Below, piece by piece: positions 36,898 to 48,527 of a stretch of 64,000 nt of DNA. Origin of the DNA: Marsupella aquatica (taxonomy: Eukaryota; Plantae; Marchantiophyta); NCBI GenBank assembly GCA_973895155.1, contig OZ316899.1:5645241-5709240 (forward strand). The letters are read 5' to 3'. The number at the start of each line of letters is the position of its first letter. The first letter of the stretch is position 1. A model generated the notes under the pieces. The model was not told the origin of the DNA, made no database searches, and saw nothing but the letters and a program-made list of their open reading frames with translations. Position numbers and translations under genes: made by a program.

Positions 36898-37251
36898 ATG
36901 CTTATAATTAAAGCTACAATGCACCCCTCCAATGTGTTCACGAGGGCCATCCAAAGTTCTTTTGAATCTCAGGTTAGACTTGCGGGTTACTTGATTAAGG
37001 AAGTTTCAATAGACAGGGGATCGAGAATTAATTTTCTTTCGACTCGTTTGGCTCAGAACTTGGATCTTGCACCAATTTTACCGACTTACACACAGTTCTG
37101 GATCAATGGTCAATTGATTAAACCTGTGGGGGAAATAAAGGCGGTACCTATTCAAATTGGTGATGGTCTGTATCATTTGGATTTCTTTATAATTGGACCT
37201 CATGAATCACATATTCCTTCAATCCTTTTGAGTACGTCTTGGATTCAGTAA
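36898..37251 (+). pseudogene. Extra retropepsin-like domain upstream of gag
   Basis: VSIDRGSRINFL..GQLIKPVGEIKAVPIQIG..LDFFII..ILLSTSWI parallels the element's own protease (VPVDGGSSVNLM..VLLGRPWL). Confidence 0.65.
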
Positions 37252-37805
37252 TGCAGCAAGATAATTAACCAGGGAGAGAGGTTTTATCATTGTTGAGAAT
37301 GAGGTATGTCAGAGAAAGTTCGCCAAATAGAAAAGAAGTGGAAGAAAGCTTCTCATAGACCAGAATCCTTGAGTAAGGCCAGCCTCGAGACCTCCTGTCT
37401 GATTTTCAATCATCAGAATTTCCTCCACCTGGAAGTGTGACAAGGAAGGTAACCTCCATTCAGGAAGGGGTAACCCAAGGGACTCTGGAAAATCCTACAG
37501 CCAGCAGACCCTTATATGTGAACCTGAGATCCGGACCCAAGTTGATTGTACCACCACATCGTCCAATGAAGCCATCAGATGTTGAAGAGACCTTACAACA
37601 AAATCCAATTTTAGAAGAACTTGAAGGCTTAACAACATTTAATTCGTCGGAAGGTTCGTCTTCCAGCGAGAAGAGCTCAGGAAGTGGTGCGGAATCTAGT
37701 AGCCCTAATGTATTAAGTCCTCAAACTTGGATTAATCCGTTTGCCACTCAATCAGCCTTCCACAGGGTATCAGCCTTACCAACTTCTAATTTTAGTGCTA
37801 CTGTA

Positions 37806-40800
37806 ATGGCTCGAAACAATGTGAGATATGATAGATTCTTTGGATCATCTAAAGAGGATGCAGAAGTCTATTTGAAGGAATTTGAAGCTGCCGCAGCTTC
37901 AAATGGACAGAGTCAAGATGCGGAAAAGGCCAATTTATTCGGCGGACTGATGAAGAAGAGAGCTCAAAAGTGGTATGATCGCTTTCCAGATAAACATGAT
38001 TGGGGAAAGTTGAAGGCTGCCTTTTTGGCTAAGTACAAAGAGGAGGGGTCTGTCGCTCGAGCTTTTGCTCGGATCTCTCATTTACACATGAAGAAGCATG
38101 GGTCTGTGAGGAAATATGCGGATAAATTGTTGGATTTGGTGGACCAGTATAACCCAGCCACATCTAAGTCTACTGTGAAGGACTGGTTTATCAACGGATT
38201 GCCATCACGAATTGCTCGGTATGTCAGGCGTGAAGGTGGTACTACTTTGGAGGAAGTTCAGGAAGCAGCCCAGAAGTATGTGGATTCAGAAATTTCAGAA
38301 AAGAAGCGTGTAAAGAAAGATTTAAAGAAAGATAAAAAGAAAAGAAAGAAAAAGTCTAAGTCTAAATCTGATTCCGAGGAGGATGATACTGATACCACCA
38401 CGAGTGAAGAGGAAGAGAGCACAGATTCGAGTACTAGCGAGAGCTCGAGTACAAGTTCAGATTCTGAGAAGACTACCTCGAGGAAGAAGAAGGCACTGCC
38501 TAAGGTAACACCTAAGAACCCCAACCAGAAGAAAATGGATCGTATGATGGAAGAGATCACTGGGCAGTTGACTAAATTAAATGTTAACATTGCTGGAGTT
38601 AAACCTGTACGGCGATTACCACCCCCTCTGAGGATGAATGTCTGGTGTACTCGCTGCAACCAACAAGGCCACTACCCCCATGAATGTCCAACGTGGCGGA
38701 TGCCAGTAAATTATTTGGAAGGACAAGAGGAGGTAGAAGAGTATGAGTATGAGCCTACTTATGCAATACAGGCTGCATCAGGAAGTCAGTATTTCCCACA
38801 TGCCCCTGCACCTATGACTACTTGGGCACCACCAAAACCTGCCTTTAGTAGACCCGTACCAAGGCCACCTATGGGACCCCCGGGAGGCTATCCCCCTAGA
38901 GGAGCTCCACGACAGAAGGGTTCCTGTTGGAATTGTGGCCAACCAGATCATTATTCATCGCAATGTCCATACCCCAAGAGAGAGGAGGGGTATACACCTG
39001 TCTGTGGGAATTGTGGGAAGGAAGGTCACTTACCAATTGAATGTCCTAGCCCTCCAAAGCCGAAGATGATGGTACGTTTTGCGCAAGAGCCTGTGAAGGA
39101 TGTGATTAGACCAGAAGCTAAAGTGCGGATGGTGTATTTAGAAGAAACAGAGCATTGTGGAATGGTCCAACATACAGATCCTGTGTATAAGGTGGAGCTG
39201 AGGGATGACTCAATTTACAGTCAACCACTTGCGGGAGTTGTACCTGATGTTTTGGTGAATCATTTGGTGAAACCAGGAGTGGTAGGCATGCCAAATGCCA
39301 GAGTTCAGGACCGTGACAAAGTTCTGACCAACATATATGCCACCACTCGATCCAAGCGGAAGGAGGAGAGAAAGTTAGAGGAAAGGAGAACCAGGAAAGG
39401 AGTTAAGTCAAAAGAAAGAACCCCTTTTGATGAGGGCCTTCCCAAAGATCAGGATCCAGCCTATGACCGCTATGATTCCAAATATTTTATACCAGATATT
39501 TCAGTTGAAGTAAAAGCCCACTTGGAAGAATTAGTCAAGACTCATAAACCAAACTCTGTACAAAAGCCTGTTGAGAAGGAGGCTGATCAACCCGTTTCTA
39601 AACCACAGGGGTATGATATTGTGGAGGATGTGAGAAATCATCCAGCTCAGATTACCATTGGCGAATTATTGCAAGACAACCCGGTGTATAGGAGACAATT
39701 GAGAGGGTTGTTGGCAGGGAAGAGAAGGCGGCGAAAGTTGCCAGAGGTGGATGTATTACGTTTGGAATGGGAGGATAAGGGACCACCAGAACTTGATGTG
39801 CAGATTCAAGGATGTGTGGTGAGGAAAGTACCAGTGGATGGTGGGTCCAGCGTCAACCTCATGACTCAGCAAACCGCATTCAATCTTGGGTTTACTAAGT
39901 TTGAACCGACACCAAAGATCCTACGCATGGCGGATCAATCTCGAGTTGTTCCAGCGGGAAAGTTAAGTAAGGTTGATACCCTGATTGCTGGTGTTTCATT
40001 TACTTTGGAATATGTGATAATAAGTCCAGAGGTACCTTCAAGCTTCCCAGTTTTGTTAGGGCGGCCGTGGTTGTATAAAGCCCAGATGCAGGTGAACTGG
40101 AGGAATCAAGAGATGTCATTTGGTAAGCCCAAAGTAGTGGTGAGCTGGGCTTCAGACATGCATAAGGGTGAGACTCAGACTGATGACGGTTATACATCAG
40201 ACTTTTCTGACTCTCACTTGATTTTAGAGCCACTGGAGTTTGAATTGGAAGAGGTACGCTACCTGGAGGTTTATTTGTTCGATACCAAGAAAGAAACGGA
40301 AATTGAACCAGTAGCTACCTCTTGACAATTAAGTCGGGGGATGAAGCCGTCCATCCTACAAGGAGTGCCTTTGGTTGACGAGAGGCGCTCGAAGGAGCCA
40401 GTCCAACCAACACCCGTTGTAGGAGGGCAGCCCCCAGATATCCAGGATGAAACAGAGTCTGATTTGGGTAAATTAGAGCTTACACCATCCAATCTAACTG
40501 ATGGTATAGTAGACCCCAAAGCATGTCAGCAGATCGAGATTGAGCCCGGCAAATTTCTCAACATAGGTAAGCATATCCAGGGGGAGTTAAGGGAATTGTA
40601 TGTGAACTTATTGACTCAGTATAAGGATGTATTTGCCTGGACCCACTCGGATCTGAAGGGCATTCACCCCCATTTGGGCGAACATCGGATTGATTTGATG
40701 GAAGGGGCAGTACCCGTCAAGCAAAGGCAATATCGCTTGAACCCAAAGTATTCTGTACTTGTCAAGGAGGAATTAGACAAGTTGATAGCTGCTGGGTTCA

Positions 40801-43329
40801 TCTATCCAGTACTGAGCAGCGAGTGGGTTTCACCAATTGTGATCGTTCCTAAGAAGGCAGGACCTGATGGGAAGACTAAAATCAGAGTTTGTCAGGACTT
40901 TCGGAAACTAAATGCAGCCACCAAGAAGGACCACTATCCCTTACCTTTCATTGATCTAGTGCTCGATCTTGTTGCATTGCATGAATTATATAGTTTCCTG
41001 GATGGCTACTCCGGTTATAATCAGGTTTCTATTCGTAAAGAGGATCGTGAAAAAACTACCTTCACCACTGATTGGGGCACTTATGCATTCACTATGATGC
41101 CGTTTGGCCTATGTAATGCACCCGGAACTTTCCAAAGGATTATGATGATCATTTTTCAGGAGTATTTGAGGCATTTCATGGAGATTTTTATCGATGATTT
41201 TTGCGTGTTTGGATCAGCCGCTGACCATTTGATGCACCTAGAGAAGACTTTTCAGAAGTGTAGAGAGGCTCAGTTGTGTTTACATCCAGAGAAGTGCTTT
41301 ATTGGTATGAAGGAGGGTATCCTACTCGGGCATGTCATTTCCCAGCGTGGAATTGAGGTAGATAAGGAGAAGGTTCGGGTGATTGTGGAACTTCAACCCC
41401 CTGCAGATTTAAAGCAACTTTGTGCTTTCTTGGGGCATGTTGGGTATTATCGTCGATTCATTTACAAACATGCCGATGTTGCTTTGCCTTTGACCAAACT
41501 GCTGAAACAGGATGAACCCTATGTTTGGAATGAAGAAAGACAGCAAGCTTTTCAAACACTTAAAGATTGCCTTGTGATTGCGCCCATTCTCTCACCACCA
41601 GATTGGAGTAGGAAGTTTCATGTTTTCATTGATTCCTCTGCCTTCTGCATTGGAGCTAATTTGAGTCAAAAGGATGATGACAATCGGGACCATCCCATTT
41701 ATTATGCCAGTAGGCAGATGAGTGCTGCTGAGAAAAATTATACAGTTACCGAAAGGGAGGCCTTAGCCATTGTTTTTGCCTGCAAGAAATTTCGTCATTA
41801 TCTTCTTGGATATCAAATTATCTTTCACACGGACCATCACTCTTTGAAATACCTGGTTAATCAAGTGGACCTGTCAGGAAGGGTAGCCAGGTGGGTACTC
41901 CTGCTTCAAGAATTTGATTATGAGGTGCATGTCCGACCTGGCAAGCACCATGAGAACGCTAATTTCTTGTCAAGATTACCAGGTTTGGAGAATCAACAGA
42001 GCCTGTCTGATGAGTTTCCGGATGAGCATCTTTGGCATATTGAAGGGGAATCATCCCGGTATTTTGAGATTGTGCGGATGTTACTTCATGGGGTGTTCCC
42101 ACAAGGACTTAGTGCTGAGGAGCGAGCGGTTTTTGCTCATAAGGTTGGTCCTTACACTATTGTGAGGGGTACTCTGTTTAAGGAAGGACCAGATCAGAAG
42201 TTGCGACGTTGCCTTGAGGAGAGGGAGGTACCCCAAGTTATTGAGGCTTTACACTCAGGCGAGACGGGAGGCCATTATGCGGTCAATACCACAGTTAAGA
42301 AAATTCAGGATGCAGGATATTGGTGGCCCACTATGCACAAGGATACATATGCTTTTATTAAATCTTGTGACCCATGCCAGAGGATTGGCAAACCAACTGC
42401 ATCTTCCAAATGGCCACTTACCCCCATTTTACCTTTAGCCCCTTTTGAAAAGTGGGGAATTGATTTTATTGGCCCCATCTCTCTAGTTGCTCGTCAAAGT
42501 CAAAGTAAGTATATTATTCTTGCAACAGATTATGCCACCAAATGGGTGGAGGCTAAAGCCACACGGAAAAATGATGCCAACACTGCTGCTGCATTTTTAT
42601 TCGAACATATCATTACTCGCTTTGCCTGCCCTTTAGAACTGGTGAGTGACAGGGGCCTGCATTTCTTAAATTCCACTATTGAGTTGATTACAAATTTCTA
42701 TCTCATTAAACACCGCAAGACTACCCTTATAATCCAAGAGCAAATGGCTTGACTGAGCGAGCTAATGGAATTATGGGGAAAATCTTAAATAAGCTAGTAG
42801 AATCTCATAAGACTGGTTGGGATTTAAAACTGTATTCTGCACTTTGGGCCTACCGTACTGCGGAGAAGATCACAACTCTACGAACACCTTTTTATTTAAC
42901 TTATGGGTTAGATAGTGTTATCCCTATCGAATTTTCAGTTCCTACTAAGCGGTTACTTGTTTCTGCCCGACTGCCTCCTGATGAAAGTCTAGCTTCTAGA
43001 TTAGTTGACATTAACCAATTAGAAGAGCATCGCTTCCTCGCTTTAGAACACACAGTTTTCGTTCAAGGAAAACAAAAACAAGCTTATGATCAGAAGCTTA
43101 AACCCATTAAATTAGTAGAGGGAGACTTAGCATTAGTATTTGATTCTCGTTATATGTTATTTCCGGGAAAGTTACATACTCATTGGATAGGACCTTATAG
43201 AGTAGCGAAGATTTGGGCTAATGGCTCTGTTCTTTAACCACTCTCGAGGGCCACCCCTTAGATACTAGAATTAATGGCTTTAGATTAAAACAATATCATT
43301 TGTCTTCCACTCCTGAGGACATGTCGTAG
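37806..43329 (+). pseudogene. Gypsy gag-pol (gag with three CCHC knuckles, PR, RT, RNase H, integrase)
   Basis: CTRC..H..C, CWNC..H..C, CGNC..H..C; DGGS; LDGYSGYNQ; FIDDF; TDH; H..GGH..C..C; WGIDF, SDRG and GPY. One in-frame TGA at 40323 and a frameshift at ~42727. Confidence 0.95.
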
Positions 43330-43813
43330 TTTGAGTGGAGGGCTAGGTATACTTCATACCTGTGAGGTAGATTAGTAAGGAATAGCTTAGAATAGTAAAT
43401 TATGCTCGTAAAATTTTTAAAATTTTGGACGCTTTCTATGAGATTTACCAGACGCTTACTGAAGCGTCCTCGCCAAGTTGACAAGTCGACTGGACGCCTC
43501 ATTCCAAGACCAAAGAGTTATAGGACGCTTTGCGAAGCGTCCTCCACGACAGGACACTTTTGGAAAGCGTCCGCTTGCTGACACGAGAATTGCATCCGGA
43601 TATAGGACGCGTTTCGAAGCGTCCAGCATAAGAAGTTTCCGAACATTCCTGAGTACGGCGATGGATTGTGGCGTCCAACGGGTCGAAGTAGAGAAGCGAC
43701 GAGTGAATCAAGAAGCCAATTTCAGTAGCGCCACTACTGATGGTGGATATAGACATAAAGGAGCCCTGATCGAAGAAATTGGAGCTGCGAATGCGAAGAT
43801 TGCAGATTGAGCG

Positions 43814-44041
43814 ATGGCGGAAACAGAGCTGAATGTCACCGCGCGTCCGATAGCTATTGCGATACCATTAAGTATAACTGATCGAAGACGATTGAGAGAA
43901 GATTTGGCGACTATGGGTTTGAAGCGTCTCTTGAAGTTCCCTTGGAACATTTGCGAATTTAGTTTGATAGATAGAGGCGAATGGATGGAGAGGAAGGACC
44001 GAAGATACGCGCAAGGCCAAGTAATTGGAACGAAGAGCTAA
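43814..44041 (+). pseudogene. Truncated LTR-internal ORF (LL.FPW family)
   Basis: PIAIAIP..LREDLATMGLKRLLKFPW resembles 18364-18807 and 11147-11338. Confidence 0.55.
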
Positions 44042-45902
44042 TCTCGACAGTCTATTCGACTCCAAGTATAGGAGAAGGTCTATAGAAAGTGGAAGGTGAA
44101 CCCAGGGCGAAGCAGTTTTTGCAATTATGATTAGGCTAGGAATAGGTTAGTCAACTCAATGAGTGTTGATTAGATGCGCACTTTACAATTGTTTGTTGTA
44201 CTATGGCAACAACGGAGTAAAAGTTAATTTGTTATCATAACAATTCACACTTGGACCAAGGCAATTGCGTTCAATCAGGCGATGGCGGTTGACGATACTC
44301 AACCTTCTCACATCCAAGCTCACCCAGGAACCCCTGTAAAAATCCATTCAGTGGCACAGAGGCTCATTTGCTACCTTGCGCGTGGCCATTATTGTTGCCT
44401 GGTCCTTGTTAGTTTGCTCTTACGCTCCAATTCCACTCTTGATCGAACTCACTTTTATCAAAGAAAACCAAAGGAGAAGCGCGTAGTGTAGCAATATTTA
44501 GTCAGAGTGATCGGCAAAGGTGATTAGGAGTTCTTTGCAAGCGATTGTAGACCTGCGGGACTGCAACAATGAAGTGGCATGGGAGATGGACTCAATCAAT
44601 GGACTGAGAAGGTTAATTAGTATGACCCTTACCACTCTCAGATTCTGGATTGGTTGAAGAGGTAGGCGCCAAGCCCTTTGAGACTTATTGGTATTTTTCC
44701 CTAAGAAAGCTGCATACGGCAAAGGTACACAAATTGGTGGTTAAAGTAGCACAAATCAATTGCAAGAAGGTTGCACTCACCAAGGACGCAAACTACAATG
44801 AGGTGCGGGATTACATTACCAAGCTGTATATCAACAAAGAAGGCTTCCAGTCCATAGCTAAGATAATTTTAGTGGTGCCAACAAAGTATTTTAAGCTGAA
44901 GGGCTGTCGGCCGGAAGCTAACTCAAACGGAGTTTGAAGAGATCCCAGACTACATTGAGCAATACCTTGTGGCCAAGCAAAGGGAGGAAGAAATCAACTA
45001 GCAGTGGGAGGCAGTACAGAATCTCACCTTCCTCAGCAAAACCTCTAATGCATTCAATTGGGAATGGCAACTCTACCAAAACCGACCACCAATCGGCCTA
45101 TCATCTTGGCCAAGTGGGTGCCACCCAGTCAGGCCTAGGTATGCACGGTGAACAATGCAGAGTGTTCTTTGGACTTAGCTAGACAAGGTAGTCCATACCT
45201 AACGCAACGCTCAAGGAAACAGGCTAGGACAATGCAGGGTCCTGAACTTGGTCTTGGCTGAGGTCGACCCCGCCCCCAATAGTCACAACTACATTATCAG
45301 GACTTTTTACGTGTTACATGAAGACGTTAAGCCCGACGTCTCCTTGCTGCTAAAGAAAGGCGACATACTCAACGTGAATGAGGGCACGTTTTGTATGAAG
45401 TAACAAAGGTTACAGTTTACATCATCCAAAACGACGTTACATACGTCGGTCCATACTACGTTACATATTAACGTCGTAAATAAAGACGTTATTCTGGACG
45501 CAGATTGAACAAGGAAATCAGCTGATAACATTGTTTAAAATGACGTTAATGTCAGATTACGTAGTTTGTGACTTTGTTAATGATGAGTCTGTCCAGGACG
45601 TATGAGTAGTAAGTCGTGTGAGGCTTGGTAAAAATGGTGTTAACAAGAACGTTTGAAAATAGTACCAAGAATGGAGAGACGTGAATGGAGTGCCGTTTGT
45701 GGTAAACATTAATCTTGTATGGAACATCCTTCCAGGCTACCTTAGTTGGGTGGGCTTTAGGTTTAGGTTCATATACACACGGAATACACATAAAATAGAC
45801 ATATAAAGTCCGGAATGCCACTATAAATGGGTGGCGTCAAAAGTTTTTGCCAAAAATGTACAAAATGCAGGTGGATGTCCACCTAGTCATGCATGGTATA
45901 CC

Positions 45903-48112
45903 CTAATGCCGCTGAGAGCGGCTCCTATCACATCCAGACCTGCGAACAAAAATACGTGGCGGTGCCTCCGACTGTTTGCCTCGGGGCTGCAACTCGTACC
46001 GAAGTGGATCCTCGTCTGAACTACTGCTACCAAACACCAACTCCGCAGCTCCCTTGCCTCTACTCCTAGGGACTACATCTCTAGTGCCATTGTGTCCCCT
46101 AGTGGTATCCCTCTCGACACGGCTCCTCTTCCTCTCTCTATGTCTCTCCCTCCCTCCCCCTCTCTCTCTCCCTCTCTCTTCTCTCTCTCTCTCTCTCCGT
46201 CGTCTATGGCTGGTATGACCCCTATCAGTCTCCACTGGAGGGGAGAGGTTAGAAGATGACCGGCCCTGTGTACCTAAACTGCCCTCCTGCCCACAATCTA
46301 CTAAGGCCTCCTCCTGTGTATCAGGCTCCTCCCCTCCATGATCTGCCTCCTCATCTTCCGCAATGGGCCGTGCCACTAACCCCTCTGGAGGACTCCAATC
46401 CTCTTGGACATGACATAAGGGATCAGTTTACCTCCTGCAAATAGTGGATGCAAAACCTAGTATAGAAGGAACCTAACCTGACTATGTAACTTACCACTGG
46501 GTGGTCCTTGGGGATAGAGTCCAGCTTAGCCCATAGGGCCGCCGAGCCATAGCATTTTGAATAGAGCCGCTCCTGCTCATTTGGCTCGGCGTTGGCTCCA
46601 AACTTGCATTTCTGCAGGAAATTGGAGAACGTCGTCACCATCATCGTTAATTACAATGTACCTAACGATGTTTTCTAATTAACGTCGTCCAAGACAAGGT
46701 ATATAGTGGAACTGCCATATTAACAATGCAGAAATGACGTTAATTAAATGTAATGTTGCGAGAGACGACGTTAGGTAGGATGAACGTAGGGGGTTTAGAT
46801 GTAAAATTGAGAACTTGCGACGTTAGAGGAGAAAAACGACGTTAATTCAATGTTCTCACCACAGCGGCCGAAGCATGAACAAGCTGTGCTTTGAAGAGGG
46901 TGGGGGACTTACATAGGTTGCAAGGAAGCCTCGCCATCCTCCCTGGCCCAAGAAATTGGTCACACGCAGGCGGCCATTTGATTTGCGGGCTGCAGCAGCT
47001 TTGTCCCCCATGTGCACTCGCTTGCCTACTGGGGTGTCAGGTGCTGCTTCCAACTCAGCCACGATCAACTTGAAGTCGGCGTCGCTCATTCCTTCTGGTT
47101 TCAGGTATTGCTCTGTCCTTGGGCATCTCATTTTTTGAACCTTGTTTCTCCATCTAAACCTCCGATCTGCAAGGTAGCCTACGATCTTATGTCTGATGTG
47201 CCTGTAGTCTATTTCACGGCCGTTCCTAAACCCAGCTTGCACATCGTTCAGGAGGAGCTAAAACTTCTTTGCATTCTGCGTGAGATCCTTCCAAGTTGTC
47301 CAACCAGGACAGTGCTTGGCACAACACGTCTGCACTCGATTTGTGAGGGCCTCCTCATCCAGAACATCCGGCCTAGCATCAAACGCATCCAAGGTGATGG
47401 TTGGGAGTTTGTCTCGACTCACAGCAGTAGTTACAGGTCACACAGGAGAAGGTTGTCGCTTCTTGTGGGAGTGACATTCACGCTAAGGTGAGTACCTCTC
47501 TCTTCTGTCTGCCCTTGCATCTCCCTCTGTTCTTCTTCTTTTGTATGTACCTCTACTAATATGTGGATCTGCATCTCTATACTCCTTCCCTTTCCCCTTC
47601 CGTCTTCTCTCATCAAGGCTGCTATTGCTGTTGTGTGTTCTATCACGATGCCTTCTCCGCCCGTGAGAGTCCCGATCCTAATCAGGCTGGAATCTGTCAT
47701 GTGCTACCCTGACCACGCTCTTGATTGGGGTCCCACTAGGTGCGTGAGAATCAGGCTGCATTCCATTGAAGGCAGGATCGTCCCACCCATCATCTAGTAG
47801 GGACGGGAAGGAGTTGAGAGCATCGATCGAAGGCCCCCCATCCTCCCCCAAGAGCATTGCATTCTTAGTTTCCACATAATCATCAAGGGTAGGAGCATTG
47901 GCCCCTATATTTTCCAGGTACTCCAGAAACTGAGACTCCTTGCTTCCTTTTCCTCCCAAGAACTTCCAACTCTGGTTGAAAGCATGTATCAGCGAATGTG
48001 TCAATTGCATAGCTTTACGCACCTTTTCTAACTCCCCTGGATCATCCATAGCCACCAAGTCTGCATCAAAATCTCCACTGGAAGGGAGATAGCCTGGATG
48101 AGCCATAGTCAT
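45903..48112 (-). pseudogene. CACTA-2 second gene, TnpA/Transposase_24-like, divergent from TnpD
   Basis: LPTITLDA..W..GFRNGREID..KI..NFLGQGGWRGFLATY followed by gtaagt. Three exons as in 7097-9120, with several stops. Confidence 0.7.
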
Positions 48113-48527
48113 TCACTATTAAGATAGGAGGTCGAGAGGGGGAGAGGGGAAGTGTTGAATGTTGAATGTGAGTCACATTCGAGTCACTTCTCAATGTTTT
48201 GTTAAAGGAAAACAGTCGTAGCCCATGAACCTTGGAGACCCGGCGTTACCCTAATTTAACGTCATTAATCACAACGTTAACCAGGGGTGTAGGGTTTAGT
48301 GGCGACGTTACACATAATTACATCATACCAAACGACGTTAACTTATTAAGTACGTCGTACATTATGACGTAAACTAAATTCAGCAACCTCCCCACAACCT
48401 AAAAAATGACGTTAATTTTAGAAGAACGTCGTGTGGATGGACGTTATTTTGGTTAACGTAGCGGGATACGTTTATGCTTGGGGTTTAATATGTTGTGGGG
48501 GCCTTTGTAAATTTGATCACAGGGGAC

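Larger units (their letters stand above)
34198..43690. repeat. Palindrome GACGCTT-N3-AAGCGTC clustered at 34198-34935 and 43425-43690
   Basis: Copies near 34282, 34368, 34479, 34594, 34634, 34917, 43451, 43522, 43552 and 43604. Confidence 0.85.
34040..44110 (+). mobile_element. Ty3/Gypsy non-chromovirus-type element with partial LTRs
   Basis: The 5' LTR ends ..TACGACATACGATA (~35800), followed by a PBS, gag-pol and a putative 3' LTR starting TGTCGTA at 43322. Outer boundaries are approximate. Confidence 0.8.

Noticed and set aside
40323-40340. Programmed stop-codon readthrough between protease and RT
   Set aside because: The TGA is more simply a CGA>TGA mutation, like many others in the window.
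46130-46197. (CT)n microsatellite as a separate feature
   Set aside because: It encodes the RE-rich tail of the TnpA-like gene on the minus strand.
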